From Camelus ferus (taxonomy: Eukaryota): a stretch of DNA of 64,000 nucleotides. The DNA lies in NCBI RefSeq assembly GCF_009834535.1, contig NC_045696.1, positions 12,836,001-12,900,000 of the forward strand, read 5' to 3'. Below are positions 24,134 to 37,405 of this stretch, one piece after another. Numbering within the stretch: position 1 is the first letter of the stretch; each line of letters begins with the position of its first letter. Made by a program: the position numbers and the translations under genes. The notes below the pieces were generated by a model, which did not search any database, was not told the origin of the DNA, and saw only the letters and a program-made list of their open reading frames with translations.

Positions 24134-25244
24134 GGAGAACACTAAGATTCTTTAAAACCATTTATTTCATATGAGACTACACCATCAATGACTGGGTCTA
24201 CTCAGTGCTGCTCACATGGTTCTGGTCTGCCCTGGGCAAGGACATTTCGTGATGAGTATACTCAGTTTAGAATAGCAGCATTCATGGTTCTTTTTGGAGA
24301 CATCATTCCTGCCCAGAGCTGGGTAGCTTTTTATTACTGACCTATATTTGGAAGTTAGTTTTACAGTTAATAAAACAGATGAGTTTTATTCTGATTTAAA
24401 AAAATCAAAAGCAGAAGGCAGAGAGAAAACTAAACAGTAGCAAATCATCATCATCATCATAACAACGATAACGGTAACTCTCAGAGCCTGTATGGCGTGG
24501 ATCAGGCCCTGGACTCATGAGGAATGTGTGAGTGCAGTCCATGCTCTTGAGCTCATGGTTTGTAGTCAAAGCGAAATGCCCCCAGCTCCCTTAGACAGAA
24601 AATGAGGATGGAAAAGGTCTGAGCAGGAAACTCTGAGAGCCAAGGGGGACCAGATGCTTCTTTCTCAGGGGACGCAACCTTTGACTCAGAGCCCTCAGGA
24701 AATCTTGACTCTTTTCTTTAGTATTTGATCCGCAGCTGATGCAAGCCTTTTATTTATGTTTGCGCGTTGGACAACAGCGTAGTTCGGCTGTTTCCACATC
24801 TATAAAAGGCAGCGCCGAGTGTTTCCTTTGATCTGACCCGCCCCTGCGGTGACATCGCCATCCCCGGCTAACTTGGTCTTCCCCATGTAGGGCTCTGGGT
24901 CCCACTCCTAAAAGCTCTAATTTGGGGATGCAAGCTGGAAATAGCCCCAAAGGTATCCTGTTCAGCTTGTCATTTAAATAGCTAAGCCCTTGCCATGGCC
25001 ATTTAAAACCCTCTCACCTTTCATTTAGTAAGCAGTTCTTTTTTCAAATCAGGCTTGTTTGTGAATGCAACATCTTTTTTCTTAATCTTCTGCAATCCTC
25101 CATCTATAAAAAGCATTGATTGAAGGAGGAGAGAGTGAAATCAACACTCTTTTTAGTAAACGACCTTAGTTGGAATTGGAGAACTAGCTGGGTGCTGAGC
25201 CTAATGGCTTCCCAGTGTCTCCCCTTTGAGCACAGAGGCAGGTA

Positions 25245-25615
25245 AGGGGTGAATCCAGCTCCAGTAAAGGCTAGCTTTTGACCTTGGGCAAGTTAACATC
25301 ACCTCTCTTTGCCTCAGTTTCTGCATCTGTAAAATGGGAGCGAGAATAGTACTGATCATCCAAACAGAGCTTGTTGCTTAATTTGCAGAGCCCCTTGTTC
25401 AAATTTCTATGTTATGAAAACGTTGGACCCCTTGTTTCAATTTCAGGATGGCGGGAGCAGAGTATTAAGCCAAACCTGGAGTCTTTGTGAGCATGGGGCC
25501 CACTACGGCTGCCCAGGAAGCTGGCTCTGCTCATAGGATCGTTGTGAGGATTAAATGAATTATTGTATTTAAAGTCCTTAAAGTAGTGTCTGGCACATAT
25601 ACAATCTATGGAAAT
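25245..25615 (+). mobile_element. MIR SINE interrupted by a MER91A-like hAT element (about 25365-25530, opposite strand)
   Basis: MIR core gcctcagtttctgcatctgtaaaatggg resumes as cataggatcgttgtgaggattaaatga after the insert. Confidence 0.75.
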
Positions 25616-25871
25616 GTTAGTTAAATCTAAAAAAAATGACAGTGGGGTAATCTGGCAACTGAAGAGATTATTACTAAATAGCTCAGGGAAACAGCGGGTT
25701 GAAGGTAAAGCAAGGCTTAGACTGGGTCTGTTCTGTGACCCCTCTGCCTGGTTTATTTACATATTCTTCTTGATCTATTCAGTGAAGTCCATTCATTCAG
25801 TCAGCATTTTTGAATGTGTTTAATGTTGCATGCACAGTGGTAGACAGTGGCAACATGTAGCCTAAAAGCTT

Positions 25872-26975
25872 TGTTTTATTTATTTGTTATTTGTTCTTTT
25901 TATTTATTTATTTTTATTTTTAAACTTTTTTTTATTGAGTTATAGTCATTTTACAATGTGTCAAATTCCAGTGTAGAGCACAATTTTTCAGTTATACATG
26001 AACATGCATATATTCATTGTCACCTTTTGTCTTCACTGTGAGCTAACACAAGATCTTGTATATATTTCCCTGTGCTATACAGTATAATCTTGTTTATCTG
26101 TTCTGCATATGCCTGTCAGTATCTACAAATTTTGAAGTCCCAATCTGTTCCTTCCTACCCCCCGTCCCCTTGGCAACCATAAGTTTGTATTCTATGTCTA
26201 TGAATTTATGTTTTTTTGTTTTTTTGTTTTTTTTTTTAGATTCCACATATAAGCGATCTCATATGGTATTTTTCTTTCTCTTTCTGGCTTACTTCACTTA
26301 TAATGACATTCTCCTGTGACATCCATGTTGCTGCAAATGGCGTTATGTTGTCATTTTTATGGCTGAATAGTATTCCATTGTATAAATATACCACATCTTC
26401 TTTATCCAGTCATCTGTTGATGGACATTTAGGCTCTTTCCATGTCTTGGCTATTGTAAATAGTGCTTCTATGAACACTGGGGTGTAGGTGTCTTTTTGAA
26501 GTAGGGTTCCTTCTGGTTATATGCCCAGGAGTGGGATTACTGGATCATAAGGTAAGTCTATTCCTAGTCTTTTGAGGAATCTCCATGCTGTTTTCCACAC
26601 TGGCTGCACCAAACTGCATTCCCACCAGCAGAGTAGGAGGGTTCCCTTTTCTCCACAGCCTCTCCAGCACTTGTCATTTGTGGACTTTTGAATGATGGCC
26701 ATTCTGGTTGGTGTGAGGCGATACCTCATCATAGTTTTGATTTGCATTTCTCTGATAATTAGTGATACTGAGCATTTTTTCATGTGCCTATTGATCATTT
26801 GTATTTCTTCCTTGGTGAATTGCTTGTTTAGGCCTTCTGCCCATCTTTGGATTGGGTTGTTTGTTTTTTTCTTGTTAAGTCATATGAGCTGCTTATATAT
26901 CCTGGAGATCAAGCCTTTGTCAGTTTCATTGTTTGCAAAAATTTTCTCCCTTTCCGTAGGTTGTCATTTTGTATT
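25872..26975 (-). mobile_element. 5'-truncated young camelid-type L1
   Basis: ORF 26517-26798(-) is ORF2-like ([19 protein letters not shown] ... [19 protein letters not shown] ... [12 protein letters not shown]), with 3'UTR and T-rich tail. Confidence 0.95.
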
Positions 26976-29909
26976 TTACTTATTTGTTCTTTATTTACTG
27001 TGCTGTGGAACTCTAGAATAGACCTCAGGACATACTCTGTCATTGGACAAGCTACGAATTTTTACTTTATTAAGCCATATAAACGTAGAAAAGTCAAGGA
27101 AAAGACGTTGGGATCTTGTCATCAAAATATGAACAAAACTTGTAATGTGAATTATTTTAAAGATAAATGTAAATATAAATAACATAAATATAAACATAAA
27201 TGATGGATGAGTTTTCTCATGGGTTAGACTGAGGATAATTTAGGTGCTCTAAAAGACATCTTCTGGTTCTAACATTAGTAATGTAACCACATGGGCCCCA
27301 ATTCTTTCTTACTGCATGTAGACACAACTGGAAAGGCCTAACTAAAGTTACTCTTTTTTGTACTCAGACCGATGGCAGATAAAATTTTCTTAAAATTTTA
27401 GCTTAAAAAACCTAAAGGGAGTAGGAGATACTACACTGTCTAAATTCTGATTAATCTTCATTTACTTTTTCTGGGTAAAAAGGGAGAGTCATGTTTGTTC
27501 ATTGTGAATTTCAGAATCTAAATTTGGAAAGAGAATTCTAAAAGCATGCTGGTTAAGCTCTGAAGAGAGTTCTTTTAAGATTTTGAATGTATAAATCATT
27601 TTACCATTTGAAGTGTGAATTAGCTGTAATTAGTCCAGAGGGCTTTTTGAAGCAATAAACTTTTCTTCTGTTCAGGAATGATTTTCTGATATATAAATAA
27701 CTTCCATTTTCGTGGAACTCAGACCATAAAGGGCCCTGCAGCATAGAGTTGTCCAATTTGAATTGTTTAGATTAATCTGTGAAATATCACTTTGATTCTT
27801 ATCTTCTTCTGCTCACTTTGAGTAAGGCTTTTCGTTGGTTAATAACACAGGCTCTCATCTCAAACACAAAAGCCTTTGTGAACTCTGTCCTGACAATTGA
27901 TAGATTTCTTGTATTTAGTATGTTCTCAAATCTCAGAAGGAGATAATCTCCTGTCCTTCACTGGGATTTTTCTGTTCCAGGAAAATGTCAGTTTCTATTT
28001 GTAGATGCTTCTAGGAAATCTTCATTCTCCTTTAGCTGGAGCAGTGACGGTTAGCTACCCCTGCTCCGATGGACTTAACAATGCTATTTCTGTATCTCAT
28101 TTGAGAGGCTGGGCAGCCATTCATTTGTGGTTAATACTGTAATTCTTAAAATGTACTTTTAAGAAGGGGATGAAAATAACTGAAGCTCCATTTTAGTTTG
28201 AATGCTATCACTGCTTAAGCACATACAGAACTGTCAGCAAAATGCTGTTTGTGTTGAGCAACTCCCATGAATTGAAAGTAGCTAAGCTAAAAAAAGGGAA
28301 ATTGACAGGTGTCTTATTAGGCCTTAGCTATTAGTCATTTTTGTATCTGCCCAAGTAATTGACACTCCACTTCTAAACAAGGAGTGTGCATTTGCATGCT
28401 TTCAGGAAGAGGTCTTGCTGGGCGATTCGAATCCACTATTTCAGGATGTGATGGCTTAATTTGAAAAACGTTTTGATGAACAAAACATGATCTCTTCCTT
28501 GTCACTTTTCTGGATGTCCTCGGAGTTCACAGTATAATCAGGGACTGAATGGATTTTGCTCGAGTACGAAATATCTGATGACTAAGGGGGTTTGGCAGGA
28601 AAATTGGAGGTAGCGTTGCTAACTGGTTTCAATAGGGAAAAGAAAAGGGATTATCTCCATTCTGTTCTTTTCTTTTCGATTGCTGTAAAATGTATTTTTG
28701 GTTTGTGACAAACCAGTTGACTCTTTACTGAATCGAAACTAGAGAAAGAATTCTGCAGATAATTTTTTTTTTTCATTTTGGGGCTGTTCCACCTCCTAAA
28801 ATTAAAGAATTTAGAATTGTAAAGAATTTTAGAGCATCAATTTTAAATCTCTGCCTGCCAGGTGAGAAACTGTGGTCCGGAGACGTGAAGTGGCGATCTC
28901 AATGTGGCTAAATGAGTTAGAGACAGAACCAAGATGCAAAGATCACTCAGTCTGATGCCATTTATGGAACTAGAGTCCTCTTTCTCCTATCTTTGTGTTA
29001 GTGACTTTTTCCATAAAAAGGTGAATTGCTAAGCCATATCCCGCTCTCCATCCACTGCATTTCTGTGTCATTCGACATCTGACCTTACCTCTGGAAACAG
29101 GGAGTCTTAGACTAAGCTGATAATCAAATGGAAAAGTTTGAATTGGTGACTTGAATTAAATGGCACCACCATGAAGCATAAAATGTTTCCATGCCAACAG
29201 GCTTCTCGTTTAGATGATTGTCGCAACTTTCCATATGCCACTGGTCTTGGTGATGCTGTTCAGGAATAGAGTCATCCCCCAAAGTGACTTTGCCCTTTGG
29301 ATAACCTCTGCTGTCTCTCTTCAACCACGTCTGAGTTCAGACTCACTGCTTCTTTACATCCTCAAAATACACAACTCCAGAAGCATTGGTGAATGATGTG
29401 GATTTCACCGAACGTTTCCTAGGAAGCTAGAGAGGACGGTTTCATTACATACTACTCAGGATAACTTAGACTGTCCCTCTGGACATCCTATTTGGAATTT
29501 CAGGTTAGTCTTGACATCCCATTTTCTGGTCCCCTTTCCTCATTTCCTCTCTCTCACACAGCTTTTAAAATCCCCTGTATATTCTGGAGACGCAGCTCTG
29601 GTCTGAAGAGTCCAGGCACTACACAAAACAGCAGCCTGTGGTAAATAGTGAGCAGGTAGGTTCTTCAAACATGCCTTTTAGGGCAGGGGTGCCTGCATTC
29701 ACTTGGTCATATCTCTGGCCTTTTGGTTATCGATTCTTCACAAAAACAGATCTACAGTTACCTTGTATCTAAGTCTGGCAGGTGACAAAATTCCAGATAC
29801 TGGCAAAGTCAGCTGACATCTCTTCACTTTTCTCTTTGTGTCCCTGGCTTCTGTGGGTGCCTTCCCTACCAGATACTGTATCCCAGGTTCAATGGAGCTC
29901 CAGAAACAG

Positions 29910-30270
29910 TTACTGAGTTCCTGCTACAGACCAGGCACTGTGCACTTGTCTTTGCTCAAGTGGTTTAATGGGGGAAGAGAGTGAATCTGTAAAGAGATGG
30001 AAGCAACGTTCCCTGTTGCTAAGTGCTTTACATGCAAATGAATGAGGACCTTTGGGAGTACGGAGGGTGGGATGACTAGCGAGATGGCCCTGATCTGCAA
30101 AGGTACAAAGTTGACACCAAGGCTAGTGTAGTGTTTGAGGCCCTGAGGGAAGTTCAGTGTGGCCCTGTCGTGGGGAGGGTGGGACATGAGCACAGAGACG
30201 ACTAGGATGGATTCGGAAGGACTTTGAATGCCGTATGTTATCCTCCAGGCAAGAGTGAGTCAACCAATGG
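29910..30270 (-). mobile_element. LINE L2 fragment
   Basis: ttactgagttcctgctacagaccaggcactgtgc and gaaggactttgaatgcc are L2-like. Confidence 0.5.
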
Positions 30271-30274
30271 ATTT

Positions 30275-31480
30275 TTCAACATTTTAATTTTTATTACAGT
30301 TTTACACACTTACGTCAAAAAGGCGAAGAGTTCAAGGTTTGTTACCAAAAATCCTTCCAGGGCTTAGGCCTCCTCTTTCCCATCTTCTCCATTCCAGAGG
30401 TAAGGACTCTCTAGAGAATTCTGTGAGCCTTTGCCTCCCACCTCTACAAGACATGTTTGTATTTCTTGCTTTTTTTCAGTCTGGGCCATTATCTGTTGGC
30501 TTTTTACCATGGAGGATCAGAATTTGGTCATTTTCTCCCCGCACCCCTACATCATCACATATGCAAGCACCCTTCTTAAGCCACCTCCTTTCAACAGTAT
30601 CATTTTAGTTAGATCAATATTCAACATTTACATTATTCAGGTCATGTAAATGCAACTCACAGCTGAGGCAAATAGTCAACTACGGTTACTTTTACTTTGC
30701 TACAGACTGCCCTTGGAGTTCATTTTTTTGTTTGTGTGCTTTTTCATTTCTTGCATTTGTCACTAATTCCATTGGAAAACTCTTTGACCTTCTAAATTTC
30801 TTCTCACGTCTGTAGTCCCCATCAAGTAGTCAAACCACTTCCTTTTCCTAAAGAGCTCTTTGGACCTGATGATCTGGGCACTAAGATGAGCTGTCTTCTA
30901 CACCTACCACACAGGATCACCCTGTAATCTTTCACTGCCATCCTGAAAGGTTATTTTACCCTTTCTTGTGTTGACTCTTTCTGTTTCCTGTATCCAAGTC
31001 TTCCTTTTCTTGGTTTACTCTAGTAGCTTTCTGAGAAAAGTACACAGGATGTAAATGTTTTTTAAGACTTTCACCCTCAGACTTAATGAATAATTTGGTC
31101 AGCTATGGAATTCTAGGTTGGAAACAACTTTTTCTGTTAGAACATTGAAGATTAGCTCCATTTCCTTGCAGTCTCCTGTGCTGATTCTTCTGTATTTTTC
31201 TCCTTGTATGAACTGTGTAATCTGCTTTCATTCTCAGCTTTCCCTGCTTGAAGTTTGAGTCTCTCTGGTCTACTAATCACCTCTCACCGCTCTTCCACCT
31301 GCTTTCCAGCTCAAAATTTTGTTTTGTCTTCTTTCCCATTCTCTACATCCTTGTGGATTTATGCCTAAAAGCAAAACAAAACAAATAAAAACAAACAAAA
31401 ATTCAACAACGAAACTTTACTGTCATTTTAGTAGGGTTTTAGACATAGAAAGTGTTGAAGCTACCATCTTTACCTGGAAG
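30275..31480 (-). mobile_element. Highly degenerate L1M fragments
   Basis: T-rich composition and ggaattctaggttggaaacaactttttc ... attgaagattagctccatt motifs. Confidence 0.5.
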
Positions 31481-31559
31481 TTTCTTTAGAAATAGGAGTG
31501 TGGATCTTGGTTACTAGTTCTTGAAGCTCATAGAGTATTGTTGCAGAGAAAGGCTGCAA

Positions 31560-31975
31560 AATCACGAATGCCCTTTAGCACACAGAATACCATGAGCTGA
31601 CCAATGGCTCTGCACCTTTGTGCTGTCAAGCTGTGTGAGCTGGCACAGTGGGCAGTGGGAGTAATCTTGGGAGAGACTTCTACACTGACTTGGCCAGCAA
31701 CCTACTCTATACTGAGACAGAGAACCACCTAAATACATGGATAGGAAATGTACTATTTAGCCAAATTCTCACAACTACTCCATTTCCACTCAGTACAAGT
31801 GTGGAAGTGTGACAGAGGGGGATTTGGAATGGGAAGAGACAGAAGTTTTAACCAATGCAATTAAAATATCTCACTTTTGCAAAGTTTACAAAGACATCTG
31901 ACCATATGAGCCCACTGCAAAGGTCCTACCGGGGGCCTTAGGAGGTGTTTGTGTGAGTGAGGATCCTGAAAACAG
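31560..31975 (-). mobile_element. MER115-like hAT-Tip100 fragment
   Basis: ttaaaatatctcacttttgcaaagtttacaaagacatctgaccatatgag matches the recalled MER115 consensus in reverse. Confidence 0.65.
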
Positions 31976-33169
31976 CATCGGCTCAACAGATGCTTTCCTC
32001 AGGGAGTGACAGTGATTCGGTCTCTCTTTTTAAAGGAAGGTGAGCAATGGCGGCCGTGTGAAGAATGATCTAGAAGAGAGTCAAGGCAGGTGTCTAGTGA
32101 TGAGTCACCGCCCGGATGTTGTAAAGATCTCTGAGGAAGAATCACCCAGTTTGGTGGCCGATGCTCCCTGGAGAGGTGATGGCCGGGAAGCGCTGTTGGG
32201 GAAGGACTGGTGAGATAGGAATTTGTCCTCCCTCACTTCTACCTTTCTTTCAAAGTCTAATTGTCATAAACCCCTGCCCTCTCAAAGTCCCACTCTGCTT
32301 TCAAAGGTATTGTTTGGGTGGTCCTTCTGTACTCCTGCATAAATGAAGCTAAAACAGAGGATGCTGCTGCTGGAACAGGTGTAAACATTTAGCACGAATC
32401 TCCTTTCTTTTTGTTCTCCACTCCAAAGGCAGAACTCTTTTCCTAGGCCTCAGTTTCCTCAAGAAGGAGTTGGATTAAGATCTAATTCTACTCTAATATT
32501 AAGCATTGTTCTAATTGTTAATTATATGGACTTCACATTAATTCCTTGCAGAAGGAGTAACTCATGGTTTTTATTCATTGGATGAAGTGATCAGATTTGT
32601 TGGTACCTACCAGCATTAAATTACTAAAGTAAACAAATCTCTTTGTACTTCCCGAGGCTTGGCATTTCTCTTTCCTAAAGAAATGACTTTTTGAGACTCT
32701 CATTCTGGCAATAGGAAAATGCGTCTCTTACAAAGGCAATTTTAGCCATATGCCTTGAACCGATTTTGGTTTGCAGGGGAAGAAATGTATTTTGGCAAAC
32801 CAATTGGCCCCAATACTTTACTGGCTCTGAAACTTTGGACAAATTACTAGTACTTTTGGAGTCCCGTTTGTTTCTCTATAAAACAGAAATAACAGTAGCT
32901 ATCTTAAAGGGATGTTCTCAGCGTTAAGTGATGTCGTATGTATGAAAAGAGCTTAGCTGAGCGGCATGTAATATTTGCCCCATCAAAGTCATTTACCGTT
33001 GCCATCTTGAAACTAGACTGTCTTTGTGGGACACTGACATATCCAGCTTATGAAGATATTAAGACAGGATTTCTAAGTGGCCTTTCCTTTTCTTCCCTCC
33101 CTGCCTTCCTCTCTCTTTCCTTCCCTCCCTCCTTCCTTCCTTCTCTTTCATTTTTCAGTATGCTCAACA

Positions 33170-33590
33170 TTAATTTATCAGTTTGGAGAATAGTTCCCTC
33201 TCCACCCATGACACTGTCCACATACTCTGCTCCTTTTCCACAGCAGTGAACGTGGGACTCAAACTTGGCTGAAGGTGGTCCTACCCAGGGATTCTGAGGA
33301 AGATACTTTATTTCTATTGGGCTTTAAAACTGGTAGGATGTAAGTTTAGGCGGCTGGTGGCTACCTCATGGGACACTCTATCTGAGAATGATGTTGACAT
33401 AGGAGAATGCTGACCCAGGAGGTGGAGAAAGACAGGTTCCTGATGTCTTTGTGACTTTGGATAAATCCACGTCAGAAACAAAAAGCCTCCTGTATTTCGT
33501 AGTTATGTGAGCCAATAACTACTCTGTTATTTAAGCCAGTGCTAAATTGTTTTTTGACTCCTGTGACTAAAAGAATCCTGACTAAGTCAG
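33170..33590 (+). mobile_element. MaLR (MLT1-like) LTR remnant
   Basis: agttatgtgagccaataa ... tttaagccagt ... aagaatcctgactaa is an MLT1 3' end. Confidence 0.65.
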
Positions 33591-34394
33591 ACATAAAACT
33601 TCTTTTTCTCCCCTTTCATCTCATTCACAAGGGAGGTTTGACTGGCATTTGGCCCTCTCTTGCAGTAGAAAACTTTCAAAGTAAAGACACACCCTCAAAG
33701 GGCAGAAAGCCACCATATTTAATGGATCATGGAGCTCAGTGCTTTAGATTATTAAAAATAGTTCAACCAGTTTCCTTAATAATTTTAGTAAAGATGTGAC
33801 CTTAAAATTGAAGCCCATTTGAGAAATGTCTGAAAGGCATTTGGGATACATCTCTTTAGGCCTTTCAATTTTAACAGGCTTGTGTTCATGGGTTCACATG
33901 GTACAAAACCGCAGTTATGATTAGAAAAAAAGGCGATGGATGTTTACAGACCAGGTGTTCAGCACTTGCCTCAAATGCATGCTTATTGTATGCAGGCGAA
34001 GGATGTCGTGGGCACTGCTCAAAATGAGTTTCAAAGCAAGTCACAGAGGAAAAGTCCCACAGGAGCTGTCTTCATCTCTGTGGCCATGTGGAGAGGAGGA
34101 ACACTGGTTAATCAGCACCAGAGAAGAAGTCTTATGTTCAAGCTGTGTGCACTTGCTTATTTTCAAGAAAGCATTCTGTCATGTTAGATTAATGTGGTTA
34201 AATTCTCTTTTAACTTTGGTGTTTTATTTGTAGTCAGTCTGCAAACCTGGTTTTATGAATTTCATAAGAAGCTTAAACATAGTTTTATGTGTACTTGCTT
34301 AGGTAACATTATTATTAAAATGATCTAAGTCAATATTGGAGTTTTCTTCTAGAAGAATAGTATTCACTGCCTATGAAGCAGTCTTGCATTAAAA

Positions 34395-34860
34395 AAAATT
34401 AAGCTTGAACTCAATCAAGTTTCTGGGTCTCATTGTCAATTTGCAGGCAATCTAGAAGACAGAGAAGCATATTAAATGACATGATGGAGGTGCAGCTGTG
34501 GGAAACTCTATGGTTTTTAAAACAAATGAATCGTAAAAAAAATTAGTTGGAGGTAGTACTTACAGATTTTTTTAAATGTAAGAAAAGTGGCAATCAATTA
34601 CATATTTGAACCTTGTTTGGGTCTTTTAATAAAAAATAAACAACAAACCTAAAAAATAACTTAAGGCATTTGTGAGAAAACATGGAGGCTCAGTGTGGAC
34701 TGGATGGTTGATGATGCTGGAGAAGTATTGCTGTGGCGGTCACTGTCTGGTGTGATGGTGGTTTTTGGTACAATAGTGCTACTCAGTTGCATTAAAGAAG
34801 GGAGTGGGGTTGCCTGGTGGGATACACACTGAGAATTTTACAGACAACAAATTCTTGTTT
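34395..34860 (+). mobile_element. L1ME3-like 3'UTR fragment
   Basis: Degenerate match (ttgaactcaatcaag ... ctgtgggaaactcta ... actggatggttgatgatg). Confidence 0.55.
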
Positions 34861-35167
34861 GCCTTAGGATAATATTAAAATGATAAACTAAACTTACCTG
34901 TTCTAGAGTCACAAGTTTTAAAACTTGGTTTTAGTAATCTTTCCAGGTTGTATTCTTGGGAAAGATGCAAATGTTGAAATATAAAATAAATACGATTTCC
35001 CATAGTCAAGAATATTAAAGGAAACTTCACTTTATCTCCAAGAGTCTGATGTCTAAGTAATTTTAGAAATAGGAACATGTGTGTCAAATCTAATCAACTA
35101 TAAATTATAAATTTATACTATAAAACCATTAAAATTCTGTATAAGGTTAAAAAGGCAAAACAGTAGC

Positions 35168-35203
35168 CACACACACACACACACACAGAGACACACACAC
35201 ACA
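35168..35203. repeat. Interrupted (CA)n microsatellite
   Basis: Read directly from the sequence. Confidence 0.9.
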
Positions 35204-35270
35204 CTATATTATTTCAATTCAGGAAACCTTAAGTTTTCCTTTGCTTGCTTGTTGGCTAATTCTATAGGTT

Positions 35271-35905
35271 AAGGGTCTGAAAACTATGGGCCTACGGACC
35301 TTAGTTCAACTCTTGCCCACTACCTGTTTTGGTGGGTCCATGGGCTAAGAATGATTTTTATATTTTTAAATCTTTGACAAATATATATTTGACAATAATA
35401 TTTGGTAGCTTTTGGAAATGGTATGAAATTCTAATTTCAGTGTCCATAAATACACTTTTATTGGAATGCAGATGTGCCAATTTTTTTTTTACTACTTTTG
35501 TAAACTAAGTTTTATTGGTGTCCATTCATCCACTGGTATGTTGTCTATTTCTGTTTTCCACAATAGAAATGGCAGAGATGAGTAGCGTCTTCCCTCAGTA
35601 TCCACAGTGGATTGGTCCCAGGACACCTCCTCCAAAACCCAGATCCATGAATGCCCTAGTCCTGTATAGACAATGACCCAGGACAGTAGGCTAGGCTTCC
35701 TGGCTACATCCACGGGTTCTGTATCCACGGTTCCATGTTTGCAGATTATGCATCTGTGGGTTCAGGGAACCACAGAGGTTGAATCCACACATGCGGAACT
35801 CATGGATATGGTGGGGCCACTGTAAATGCCACAGAGCCTGCATGGCTTGCAAAGCCTAAAATATCGACCCCCTGGCCCTTTACAGCAAAAGTTTGCCAAC
35901 CTCTG
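35271..35905. mobile_element. MER58B-type hAT element with a nested MER2-like Tigger element (about 35587-35823)
   Basis: MER58 ends (aaactatgggcc ... ctggccctttacagcaaaagtttgccaacctctg) and an inner ccctcagtatccacagtggattggtcccaggac ... gatatggtggggccactgta. Confidence 0.8.
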
Positions 35906-37140
35906 TTCTAGACAGAAAAACTGAGGTCCTGGAGATGTGAAGCATCTGGTTTAAACTCACACAGCTTTTGGAGGCAGCATCATAATTCTAACCTAGATCT
36001 TTTAACTCTTCTAACACCTTTGGGTATGATTTTCCCTATATTTTTGCCCCCTTGAAGTCATAATTTCTACTTATAAGTTCTTATACTGTCTTTTAATCAT
36101 CAAAACTGCCTGTAAGATAGATACCATAATTATTCCTCATATTTGGGGAAATTGAGGCACAGATTAGTTAAGTAACTTTATGGAGGTCCCACACCAGCAA
36201 GAGGCAGAGCCAGGTTGGGGACCTAGGCAGCCTGGCTCTTAAACACTCACACTGTTCTGTCTTTTTCAATGAGAGAAACGCAAAGCCCAAGAAAGAGAAC
36301 CCACTCAGTGGTTGAATACTTCTAATCTTGCTCGGGTCTCTCTCAAGCTTTAATGGCAAAAAGGATAGAAAGTTGATCATTCCGTTCTCTTAAGCCTGAA
36401 AGTCAACTTGACTCCCAATCACCTTTAAAATGAAAGACTCTGACAGCGTCTGATCAGAAGTTCTTGGAGGAGGGACTACCCTGTTTTTGTTTTGGAGCTT
36501 CCGTCCTTGTTTGGTGATCTCTCACTTGACAAGCAAGTTTGGGAGCGAATGACAACATCGCTGCAAGTAAGGAGTGCAAAGTCCTTGGGACTGTGGGAAA
36601 TCTTAGCGGCGGCGTGGCTGGGGTCAGGGGCAGAGGAAGAGACCACCGCAAAGAACAGTGGCCTGAGACCAGCTCACGGGATGCGACAGGTCCTCCGGCT
36701 GCTTTCCCGGCATTCCACTCGCAGTCCCCTGAGCCAATGGGAAGAATCCAGTCCCCTGAATCTGTGCAGATTTCTTGTGGTGCATGTCGTAAAAAGTTTG
36801 CCTTCCATCCATCGGACCAAGGAAACCTGCTAAGTCCTTGTACTCATTTGCTTAAGGATCTATTCACTTATGTTTGTTTCAAACAGACGTATAAGTGCTT
36901 TATAGAACAGCAGGGTTAAGAAATAACTTCGGGGCGTTTGTGTCACTGACAGAAGAAACGTCTGACATGTAAGAATTGTTTGTGGGGATGGAGTTGGGAG
37001 GGATGAACAGAAGAGAGGTGACTGAGTGGCAGAAAAAGAAAAGTTATCTTTCTCCGAGGAGACCCTTCCCCTGCCTCTGCCACTGTCAGGGAGCTATGCC
37101 TTGGATGTCCACTGGACCTTCAGATTGGGATAGGGTGAGG

Positions 37141-37405
37141 CAGGAGTTGGTAAACTATGGCCTGAGGGCCAAATCCAGGCTGCTGTCTGGTTTTGTAAAT
37201 AAAGTTTTATTGGCACACAGGCATGTCCATTTGTTTTCTGTTTTTGTAAATAAAGTTGGAGCCCATCCATTCAAATATATCTTGTCCAAGGCTGCTTTTG
37301 TGCTATAATGGCCGAGATGAGTGGTTCTGACAGTGACTGTAACAGCTCATTTAGTGTAAAACATTTATTATCTGATCCTTTATTGGAAAAAAAAATGACC
37401 AATGG
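37141..37405. mobile_element. MER58A-type hAT element
   Basis: caggagttggtaaactatggcctgagggccaaatcc ... ttttgtaaataaagttttattgg. Confidence 0.8.
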
